Assembly: GCA_001643675.2 (NCBI GenBank)
Contig: LSRY02000032.1
Location: 1,126,041-1,190,040, forward strand
From: Monocercomonoides exilis PA203
Lineage: Eukaryota > Protista > Preaxostyla
Direction of reading: 5' to 3'
Length of the DNA stretch: 64,000 nucleotides
The first letter of the stretch is position 1, and each line of letters starts with the position of its first letter. The notes beneath the pieces were generated by a model. The model was not told the origin of the DNA. It ran no database searches and saw only the letters and a list, made by a program, of their open reading frames with translations. Positions 1-12,000 of the stretch are shown in pieces. Position numbers and translations under genes: made by a program.

Positions 1-3000
1 TTCACAACAGCGTCTTCTCCGTTCATTTCAAAGTCTTTCTTCGATGTTTGCTTGATTTGTGAATATTTGCTTTCATCTTTCCCACTTTCTTCCTCTTTTG
101 CGTCACTTGAGAAGTATTCATCTGGAATTTGCTCACTTTTCAGTCCTGTTCGAAGAGCTAGTCCTCTTCCTGTTCCTTCTGAGCTTTCTAATGAAGAGGC
201 AGCAGCAATTGTTGAAGGCACGTTCCTTGTTGCCTGCAATGGAGTGACGTTCAACGGGAGAACTATTTTTCGCAAGTGGGTTATGTCAGTCCACACAAAC
301 TCGTTCTGCCCACTTTCTTCGTCAGCAGTCATCAAGAGAATTCGTTCTATTCTCTTTGATTCTTCTTCCATTGCCTCCTTTTCCTTCTCTTCAGTCCATT
401 CACCTTTATCCATCAATGCCTTCCTCTCTCTTTCTTTCTCTTCCTCTTCCTCATCGCTTAAACCTCCTTCAACTTCCCAAACAAGGCCAATGCATTCACG
501 CTCAGTGTGAGAGCTAGCTATTGATTGCGTTTTCGATAAGTTTTCAGAACAACATCCTTCACTTGGCAAGCAAACAAGGACAGTCTGTCCAACTCTGACT
601 TTCTCACGACGCACAAAATGTTTAGCTGAAGATGTATCAACAGATGGCACAAATGGGACAACACCACTTCGATCAAGTTGTCCTTTCATGTAGCTGTAAA
701 GAGAATGGATGAACGTCGCATAAGCTTGTTCATCCACACCATCCAAATCTTCAATTGTGGTAATATCATCCGAAAGAAGCGCTTTTGATCCTTCATTTTG
801 AGTCAGACTTGTGCTCAAGCTGGAAGTTGATGGAGCCACAGAAACAGAAGAAGATGCTGATAATAGTTCTGGATCCTTCCTTCCGCTTATTTGCTGTGCA
901 GCAAGAAGTCTTTTCGCTGCGATTGCAGATTCTGTTTCGAGTGAACGGCCCAGCCACATCATTCCTGTTCCACATGCAGCCGATACAGTTCCACTCAAAT
1001 CTCCCACGAATGTGTTGATTGGCTGAGTGGGTGCTGAGTCAGAAGAAGGAGGAGTCTTAAGCATAGATAGAAGCTTGACTGACGGATGAAGCATCGAAGG
1101 AGATAAAAATGTTGAATCAACAACAGCCATTTCATTGCTCTTGGCTTCTGCAGTATCTGCTTTACTCGACTCGTTACTCCAATTTTCCAACGTTATTCCT
1201 TCGGGAATATCATCTTCTTTCTCTTTCTTTTCGCTTTGAGAGATGTCTTTTCCATCTTTCATCAACTTTGAATGAGACAAGAACAGACTTTCAACACAAA
1301 ATGAATAAAGTTTCAATTTCTTTTCTGGAATCGTCGGTTCTGATGCTTTTGATGTCGTTTCAGATGGTTTTCCAGTTTCAACTTCCTTTTTCTCTTCTTT
1401 TTCAGAATCATCAGTCTTTGAGCTGTCCTTTCCAACTGAAGAGTCATCTTTTTTAATATCTTCGGCTCCTATCAGCACATCAAGAATTGCTAAGGAAATA
1501 GAATCATCTTTAACATTGTCTTCAATTTCATCTTCTCCGAACAACGAAATCAATCCACTTTCATCATTCTTTATTGGCTCATGCACTTTTGGCATGCCAT
1601 ACACTTTCTTCGGGATTTGAGAAATTAATGTTTGCTCATACGCAACCAGATCTACAGCAGATGCATGAGTCGCCTTGGAAGCATTAACAGATAAAAGCGC
1701 TGGTTTTTGTTCGGAGGTGTATATCTTAATCTGAGCTGACCGCTCTCCTCCACTTTCCTTTGTCGAATCAGAGATACCAACTACAGCTGTGTCGCTTGCA
1801 TTGCTGGCTGTGCTATTAAACGGCAAAATACTGTTTTTGTTCTGAGATTCAATTCTTTGCTCTGCTTCAACAACGCGCTTAATGAGGCTTTCTTCTTCTT
1901 CTCTAATTCTTTCATTTGTTTTGCTTTCAATTTCTCCAATATTCGTTTCTTGTTTTTTTGAATCATCTTCCTTATTATCCTTCTGCTCGCCTTTAACTTC
2001 ATCTTTTTCTTGTAAAGTTTCATTTACCTTTGATATTTTTTCCTGCTTCTCCATTGCATGAGCCAGTCTTGTTCCAAAAACAGTTTCAGAAGGAATCTTC
2101 TTTTTACTGTTAACATTTGCTGCATTTGCACCAACTGGACATTCAGCAGCTTTTACAACAGCTCGCGAAGGCATATTAGCAGAGGCGCCATTCATAATCT
2201 TCCAGAAGTGGCTGCTTGTATAAGCGTCTTCTTCTGCGCTCTCCTCTTTCTTTTCTTGCTTGACGGACAAATAAGGAATAGGCGCTCCCAGAACAGGAAG
2301 TTCCTTTGTTAAGTCTTTCGTGAGTGCCTGTGAAGAAATGCTTTCAGACACCGAATATGAAGGAGGCGGTCCAAAGAACGTGGAAGGAGATTCAATGACT
2401 TCCATTCGAGACAGCCAATCCTTCTTTTCTTCTTCTTCCTCTTCTTCTGAATCATCACTTGAGCTATCATCTTCGTCTTCTTCTTCTTCCTCCTCTTCCT
2501 CTTCCTCTTCCTCTTCCTCATCGTCGTCGTCATCATCATCAGAATCAGAATCAGAGTCAGAGTCAGAGTCAGAGTCAGAATCAGAATCATCACTTCCTCC
2601 TAGCAAGCCCTCTCCTTTCGTCCAAAATCTTCTGAACTTTTTCTTTTTTTCAGTGTCTTTCGATTCTTTCGTTCTTTTCCCTGAACTCGAATCGGATAAA
2701 TCATTCTTACTTGCATCATCATCTGAATCATCTAAACCATCTGAATCAGCAAAATCTTTTTCTTCTATTCCTAACATTGCCCCGACCGTTTGTTTGTTGA
2801 TAGGAATCTCTCCCCGAAGCATCATAAGTATCACGTCATCATCAGTTAAACCCTTATCAGAGGAAGCTGAAGCCTTTGCAGATGCAGATTTCGTTGAGGC
2901 AGTTTCAGAAACATCACCATAATCGTTTTTATCGCTTTCATTCGTGTGCTCTTTGGACGTTTCCTCCTTTCGTAGAAACTGTCCAACATCAACTGGATGC

Positions 3001-6000
3001 TCAATGAAGCTGTGTGTCTGAAGAAGAAGCGAAAGAGCCATAAACAAATCGTCGCTTTCAATGTCTTCACTTTTTGTCACTTTGCAATCCTTATCACTTT
3101 TTTCTCCCTTCAAAGCATCTAAAACTGAAGTTGCTCCAGAAATAGGAGATACTCCTGTCTTTTTCAATGCAAATGTTGAAGCTAACAGACTCAGTGCTTG
3201 CTTTTCTGCTTCTGCTTCAATCTCCTTCTTTGCTAAAGCCAGTGCTTGTTCTTGCGTTATTGGATTCTTTGTGAATGAAGACGTAGCCAGTAACATCATC
3301 ATTCCATCGAAATATTCATTCTTTTTGCTGATTTCATTCGCACATTCAGATATACCCATGTCAGTTTCAGGTTTTGTATCTGCCACTTTTTCTTTTTCTT
3401 TTTCTTTTTCTTTCCCTTCGATCGTTTTGCTTTCGCTCCCAGATACTTCTGAAATAAGGAGTTTCAGAAGTTCTTCTTCGCTTTTGTCGGCACTTGTTTC
3501 TGAGGAAGCCACATCAACCGAAGAAGTTGCAATCTCTTCTTTTTCTTTGTTCTGTGCCTCAGTCTCTTCTGCTTGGTGAAGCCTTCCCATGTAACTGATG
3601 AATTTCCTTTTCTTTGCCCATTTCATTGCTAGTTTGGTGCCAATGAAGAACGGCGGAAACACTTCCTCTTCTGGACAGACCCAGATGTGATCACCAGGAT
3701 TTGGAATCTCATATAACTCCTTTTCATCATCGTCATCTTTACTGCTGTCTCCATCACCTCCAGCCACGCCTTCTTCATCCATAACAACATCATACATTCC
3801 TTCGACACCTTTGTATTTCTTGAACATCGCAGGCGATTCTTTCAATGAGATTGAAGGAGGCAAAATTGGATCGCACAAGCAAGGCCAGTTGCGATCGGTT
3901 GTTTCGTTGCAGTCGCAGAATCCGCGCGAGTGTAAAAACGTCATCCAGGGCTCGTGTTCAGGCTTCTTCTTCTTTTCCTTCTTCTTTTTCTGCTCGTCAG
4001 TTTTGTATGACTGGAATTTGTCACGGCGGTGATGCTGATGGTCGTGGCAGGTAGCCAGGCACACTGCACACAACCCTTCGGATTTTTTGAACTCGCAATA
4101 AACACATTCAAAGAATGCCATAATTCCACCTTTGTCGATAAGATCTGACCCAAATTTCCCAACGCCGATGGATTCCTCCAGGATTTTTGCTGGTTTGACA
4201 ACAACAGCCGCCTTCTTTCCATCGTCTTTGTGGCTGCTACTGTCACTTTCTGAAGCACCATGCACTCCGACTGTTGCTCCCCTCAAAAGACCTCTTGACA
4301 GAGCATCAAACATCGCTTCTGCAAGTCCATTGCCAGAGTCTTCCAAGCATTTCTTGAATCGTTTTTTCAGATCAGGTGAAATTGGCAACGCTTCCGCACC
4401 TTTTGGCTCAATCTTGTTCTTCTTGCTCTTTTTATGACCTTTCTTTCCTTTCTTCCTTTTTTCCTCCTCTTCCATCTCGCTCGGATCAACAAACAGATAC
4501 GCAGGATGTATTCTATTCAGCTTGGCAAGTTGCTTCACTTTCCTTTTAGGCGTCTTGCTATCAACGTGGACTGACCCGATATGCGGTCTGGCATGTCTCA
4601 GGCATATTCCTTCCTGCATGCACAGAATTGAACTCCACAATGAATCAGCCGAGGGGGTTTCAAACACATTGAGATGGATCTTAAATCTGTTGTCCAGTGC
4701 ACACGAAACAGCTGCCTTTTTCATGGTAATAGTTGTCGGATATATCGGAGAGAACACTTTCAACTTTAAAGATGAAGAGCCAAATGCAGACGGAGGTGGT
4801 GGAGAAATAGAATCTGAATCAGAATCTGAGAAATCTCCAGCCAGTTGAAATTCCACGTTTTCTCCTTCTTCGTCTTCTAAAGAGCTGTCATCGTCAATGT
4901 CAAAGAATATCGATGTTGCTCCGCCTTCAGCATCAGCAAATGGATCTGCCCCTGATGATGAAAACGATCCAATCGATGCTGGCGATGGAGCAGTAGATGA
5001 AAGAAGCGAAGACGCACTCGAAGAGCTTACCATGTTCCGCATTAAGTCACTTCGAGCCTTTTTGCCGCAAAACAGGAATATCGATCCGAAGTCGTTCAGT
5101 TTTAAAAGTGTGTGTCGTTCCATGTTTTCGCTTATAAGAGCTTCAGCGTCTTCTTCGTTGAGGGACTTCACTCCTTCAGACGGATGAGGCATCCCTTTGA
5201 TGAAAGTGGATGGGCTGTACTGATATTCCCATCGCTTGACATAAGCATGAGGTTCAATAGAAGAAGATTCAGCAGAAGAAGTCGATGATGATAATTGAGA
5301 TGAGGAAGATTCATCCGAATTCGCAGAATGGAGATAAGATGGATATTCAGTCAGACAGCCTTTGCCTAAGAACTTCTTTTTGCTTTCTGTGATTCCCGTT
5401 GGAGCGCCTACACCGCCACCCCATTTTTGTCCAGACAGCCTCAGACTTCTGTCTATCACTTTTGGGAAGTAGCAGATGATGCTGTCTGAGTCTGCATCAG
5501 GCACCACAAGACGAGCCCCCTTTGCAGTTGTGTCCAGCAGAGACAGCGCATGCAGCAGGCAGCGATTGTCACAAGGGGAAGTGATCAATATTCTATCGAA
5601 TTTGAAAAGTTGAGGAGACATTGATAGAAGCGAATCGACCATTGGGAAGAAGTTGATTGGAATGTCGGAGTCAATCTGGCTGTAGTAAGGAAGACTCAAC
5701 GTGAATGGCGATGTGTGCGCAGTCAAAGGCCTGCTGTTCTTCAGCTGATCAGCCAAACAGCAGGATTTTGTGCCAGATTTAGAAGATGATACAGAAGATG
5801 AAAGTTTTGTTGAATGACCTTTTCCGCAACCACATTTGATGTGCACTCCATCTTCACCATCACAACAGTACACGTCGTTCGGATTGACAATGCCAACCTT
5901 TCTTTCCCACTCAGCATATTCCTGCATCCTCTTTTCTGCTTCTTTGCAGTCCCATTCGTCATCTTCTTCCTTCTTCACCGACGGATTTTTCATTTTGACG

Positions 6001-9000
6001 TTCTCTTTCAGTTCCGAAATGAGATCGAAGTTCAACACAGACATGCTCTGCACAACAAACCCGCCTGGTGCAACAAGATTCGATGCAGCCATTCCGATGA
6101 AGTAAGGGTCACATGATATAACAAGCGTCCTCAGCCCAGGCGTCAGGTCAAGCGAATGGAGAAGGAACTCCACAAGCGCAGGTGGGAAGAAGTAAACATT
6201 GTGCTTCAGCTCTTCGACGGATACTGGAGATGACTTGTCTTTCTCCCAAAGTTTGAAGTTCTTTTCTAATGTGATCATCGGACATGATGTTGTAACAGCA
6301 GATATCACTCTCTGCGACACAGGCTCAAGAGCAGGAAACGGCAAGTTCTTTGCTTTCTCCACAAGCGAAGAAGAAGAAGAAGAAGAAGAAGACGACGACG
6401 ATAAGGCAGACTGCGATGTCTGTTCCTTTTGCTTGCGTGCTTCTTCTGAGTTCTTCTCCTGGATCATCGCATTCGCATGGTCCACCATCGAATTCGCCTT
6501 CCGCTTGCTTTCGAGCCAGAATGCTCCGTCGCTAAGCTTTTTGATCTTCTTTGAGCGAGGAAAATCAGCAAAAAGATCAAAAATGTCTTCATGCGAAATG
6601 AAGCATGGAAGGACACTCCATTCGCATTCGGATGGAAGAGGCAATGGTTGACTAACAAGAGGCGTTGAAACATCAGTTGAGGAAGATGAAGATGAAGATG
6701 AAGATGATGCTTCTTCTTTCTCTTCCTTCTTCTCTTCTTCTTTCTTTTCCTCTTCTTTCTTCTCTTCTTCCTTCTTTTCCTCTTCTTCCTTCTCTTCTTC
6801 CTTCTTTTCCTCCTCTTCTTTTTCAGTGCTTTCTTTATTATCATCAGTTTTGACAGGAATTCCTTTCTTTTCTGCCTCTTTGATTGATTCCTGGATTGCC
6901 CGTTCCAACTCCTGCTCAAACAAAAGATCTTCAGCTGAGGCAGGTTCTTTCTTTTTTTCATCCTTCTTTGCTTTTTTAAGTTCCTTCTTCTTTTTCTTCT
7001 CTTCTTCCTTCTTCTTCTTCTTTTCTTCTTTCTCTTTTTTCTTCTTCTGTTTTTCTGTCAGCTCAGCTTCTGCTGCAGCAGGCTTCTCTTTCTTCTCATC
7101 ACTCCACAAGCATCTTGGATCAACTGGAAGCGAAGGGTGTTTGAAGAACGAGATAGGCGCTTCTCCAACTTCGTCCTCTTCTTCTTCGTCTGCATCGTCT
7201 TCACCTTCTTTCTTCGCCTTCGTTTGATGTATGCCGCTCTTTGACTTCACCAAAACACGACGGCGCAGGTCAAATGAAAGAGGAGTCGTCAGAGACGGAG
7301 GAAGAGGCGGATGGAACTCTGTGAGTGCTTCAGTAGAGGAAGAAGAAGAAGAGGAGGAAGAAACAGAAGTTGAATGAGCATTGACCACAGGCAAAGGAGT
7401 GAGCAGGGAAACTGGCGGGAATGCTGAGCCAACGGTTGAGATGGGGAATCTTGCAACTGACGTTTCTTTGCAGTACAAAAGACATGTCGCAACATCCACA
7501 TGCTTTTTCTTTCCCATCCTGGCAATCGAGGCAAGCTCATTTCGGTTGAGGATCGCAAAGAAATATGTTCTGCTTTCTTTCTTCAGTTCCCTGTCTCGTT
7601 GCTTTGCTTCCTTCAGATCCTTCTTCCTCTTCTTCCTGGCCATCGCTTTCTCTTTCCTCTTGACTGAATCATCATCATCATCATCGTCATCGCTATCGTC
7701 TTCTCCATCTTCTCCATCATCATCACCTCCGCGGCATCCACAATCACAGCAATCAGCCAGCTTGCTTTTCACTCCGCATTCTGAGCAGCGGAATTCTGAG
7801 TTGTTCTTTTCTTTGATGAGCTGCGAGGGAAGCGACAGCACCTGTCCACACTCGCATTTGACGACAGACAGGATGAAGCAGCGCCTGCAGATGGAAAGGC
7901 AGGCAGTGGCACAGACATCGAAGAAGGAGTGCTCCCAGCTGGACAAAGTGGCATCCATCACAACAGGTGAGAAGGTTGTCAACGGAGCTGCCCCTGTGGT
8001 AGAGGCAGATGGAGAAAAGGACGGAGAAATCGAAGGCGAAGAGAAAGGTGATGGAGAAGGTGTTGATGGAACACTCAAAAGATTGGTGGTGTCTTTATTG
8101 GGAGACTCATAAAGAGATGTGCTAAGTCCCTTTTCGCCATCTTCAATGTGCTTCATAAGCATGTCTTTTCCAGTCTCAGAAAGCGAAAATGGAACAGAAG
8201 ATGCTGGAGCGATAATTCCATCATCCTTCTTCTTTTCTCCCATTTTCGACTTCACATCATCTGGAGCAATTGTCAGCTGCATTGTGATTGGCGTTTCGGC
8301 AAGCTCCTCCAAAAGAGCACCACATCGCATAGAAGTTGCAGCAGAGTTCTCAGCTTTTGCTTCTTTGGCAAACGATGAAGCAACAGAGAACAAAGAACGG
8401 CCTGCCAAAGGAGCAGTTGGTAGTGACTGAACAGACGATGACAACAAATATGAGACGAGCTCATGTGGAAGATCATTCAACACATTCATTTCGAGAAGTG
8501 ATCTGATAAATGAGGAAGATGAAATAGAAGCGGAAGATGCAACAAGAAGAGCTGTAAGAAATAGAGAGGAATCTGAAATTGTATTTACGTTTTTAGCTTC
8601 ATTGCTTTCTTCAGAAGATGAAAGAAGTTCATTTTTCTCTTTCATCTTTTGCGAATTTAGTTCATTCAAAACTTTCAGCATTGCATCTTTAATTTGAAGC
8701 ATCTCCACACAAACTTTCAAGTTCTCAGTGAATTTTCTGCAAATCTCTTCTTTTTTCTGGCTACAAGCTGTCTTTGAACAATCACATTCTTCTTTCATCC
8801 TTTCAATTTTCAAGCTGATAAATGGAACAGCCTTTGCCTTTCTTTTCATATCTTTGTCGCTGCAATCTGCATCGCAATCAAACAAAACAGAAGCAGTTGG
8901 CATTCCTTCAGAAGCTTGAATCACTGTGCCTGAGTGTCCAGTTGTGACATCCACAACTCTATCTCCGGTGCGAATAGACAACGACACATCAGACTGAAAG

Positions 9001-12000
9001 CCAACAGAATGGAACAAAACTAAAAGAATGTTTAATGCCTCATTTTTGTGCAAATATTGATTTATCTGCGAAAGACGAGGAACCTGAGACTCAGTTTTCA
9101 TAGCAGAATCTGATCCATTTGACGACTTGAGCCAAGGGAACATTGCATTAATTGCATTTGGCAACGAATTCACCATTGAATTAATTCTGTTGGATGTCCA
9201 GTCATTCCACTTGCTTCCAGCAACGTTTTCAGCAATCACTTTGACAACAGTATTTTCAGCAGCACGGCTGACTTTCTGCATCGAAGTGTATGTCTGCAGA
9301 CGAAACGGAACTAAGAAGAAGCGGATGAGAGCGTCCCAAAAGATGGAAAGACGCCTTTCTGTTTCAGGATCAACATCTGGCTTCTTCTTCTTCTTTTGCT
9401 TAGACTCTCCTTCGTCTGACTGAACTGAGTCTGCTTCACTTGCTTGAGTGCGCAGTTCAGACTTCACGGACAGCGCTGGAGATTTCGAGCTTGAACTGGC
9501 AGGCGCAGGGGAAACAGACCTTCTCTGGCTATGAGCGATAGCAGGCTTGCTGACTTCAACTGCTCCTTCGCTTTGACTTTTGCCTTCTTTCTTCAATTCG
9601 CTTTCTCGTTTCTGCAGCGCCTTCAACCACTGGACTCCAACTTTAGCAGTTGTGGAGTCGATGCCTGATGAAGTAAGAAGTGTGCTTAGCAAACCATTCT
9701 CTAATGAAAGAAGAGAAGCAACATGATCAGAATTCAAAGCAAGGAATGGTATGACTGTCTTGAAAAAGCTGATCGATGCATCAAGAAGCGAAGCTTTGGC
9801 AGATGAAGATGAAGATGAAGAAGATGCTCCTGTGGATGGCTGACTGGAAGAGAGAAATCGGACAGCCGAAGAAAGCGCTTCTTTCCTTTGTTGCGATGAA
9901 AACAAATAAGAATGAATTGTCTGTGCTGCTGTTGAAGGGCTTGGCTGATAGCGTGTAAGAAGCCATGTTCTTAGTCTGGCAAGATCCTCATCTGATTCTC
10001 CCGCAGATGTTGAAGAAGCACTGGAGGATTGCTGGTCAATCATTGACAGAGGAATAAGTGTGCTCATCCGGAAAGATGTTGGCAAGCTTGCAATAACCAG
10101 CAGCAAATCAAATAGATCGTATTCTTTTCCTTTTAATGAAACAGATACCCCACTTTTAGTGCCTGAAGGCGAAGATGGCTCATAAAAAGACAGTAAAAGT
10201 GGAATGCATGAGAGAGAGACAAGTTGAACGCGAGGCGATCCAAAAAGAGCACACAATGCCATTTCCTGAATTGCAGAGTATTTCTTGTTTGAAGAAGCAG
10301 ATGATGCAGATGATGCTGACAATGGCTGTTTTGCTTGATCTTTCAAAATGGATCGGAGTGTTTCGTGCGAAGAATATGTGCTAAGGATAGTTTTCAATGA
10401 GGTGAGAAGAGTAAAGATTGTTGTATCATCAATTGAATGGAATGATTTGTTTGTGTCATCTCCACAATCCTTCACATCACTTGAATTTTCAACGAAAAGA
10501 TGAGGCTGATAGAAATTGTTGAGCTTCAATGAATTGTCCTCTTCTTTTTCGTCACCTTCTGCCAATTTCTCGTTGACACCATCGTTTTCTTCCAACTGAT
10601 CTATCCATTGAATAAGTTCTTTTGTGTTGCTCGCTCCGATTCTGCCTGACTGGATTTCTCGAACAATACGACTCATTCCAGCAGATGAAACAAGAGCATC
10701 GCTTATTACCTCATCTGCACACACAGACAGACAGTTCAAAAGACAGTTAATTGCCTCCTTCGATAATGCCATCATCGATTCTGAACATTTTTTGGCTGAC
10801 TGTCGCTTTGAAGAGCATGTTAATTCACAAATCTCAACTGTCATTGCCTTCAGCACAGCAGCAGCGATTCGCTTCACCTGAATAATGTCAATTTCAACAG
10901 ACGACTGAACAGAAAGAATTGTCTTTACTGATTTGCACAAAGAAGGAATAATCAATGCCAGCTCCTTTTCAACAGCAGTCATTGTGCTGCTTCCATGAAG
11001 CAAGTTAGCGAAATGGCTGTTGAGTGTTGAAACACATTTAGTGAAGAAGATTGAGAAAAGAGACAGAAGATGAGAAACACGTGCAGCTTGTAGCAGAGCA
11101 ACTGGAGAATGAATAGAAGAAGAGGCCGATCCATCCTCTGTGGTTGAAATAGCCCTCGTGAATGATTCGATTTCGTTGTCAAGAACAGTCTGAAGTGTCG
11201 AAAACAGACGAATCATTTCAGCAAATTTCGACATTTCAGCTGCAGAAGGCGAACCAGCAGAAAACAACTTTGATTTTACAGTTTCCTCTGTGACTGACAG
11301 AATCAGCGAGCGAACTGACCTGCACAGCTCAAACAGCGAAAGAGACACGAAATGAGAGGACTTGGCAGAATAAGACGAAAGTGCACGCAATCCAAACAGC
11401 TGCAGCTGATTGCTCAGGCGCTTCATCAAAAGTGATCGGATAAAGCCAGGTGAATGGAAAGATGCAACAAAAGAGGTTGAAGATGCAGCTGATGAAGAAG
11501 CTGATTGACTCGAAAGATCAAAAGACATCCCAACTTTCTCAAATGCTGCTGAAGCATAAGACAAGATCTGATTGTCTGTGAAAGACAAGAAAAGCGAATG
11601 AGACAAAGAAGGAGAAAGAACCATTTCGTTCATGAGCTTCATTCTTTTCTTTTGATCTGCAATCACTTTATCCATTCCAGTCTTCAATGGAGCATCAGTT
11701 GCATCAATGCCACGAACATCTCCCATCAATTGCGCTTCAATAGAAGACAACACTTTGTCCATTATTTCACAAGAGATTCCTTCACAAGCAATTCTTTTGC
11801 ACAACAAGGCTGTCGTTGCATCATCAAGAACACTCCGATAAGAAGCTGATGGTCGTTTGCTGTTTGACTGAGAAGAAGAAGAAGACGAAGAAGAAGACGA
11901 AGAAGAAGACGAAGAAGAAGACGAAGAAGAAGACGAAGAAGAAGACGGAGTTTGATAAGATGACGGTATTTCATTGGAGCTCGTTTGAGCATCAGAATAT

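Noticed and set aside
11870-11947. Tandem arrays as CRISPR-like repeats
   Set aside because: No unique spacers; these are coding poly-Ser microsatellites in a eukaryotic gene, and no cas genes are present.
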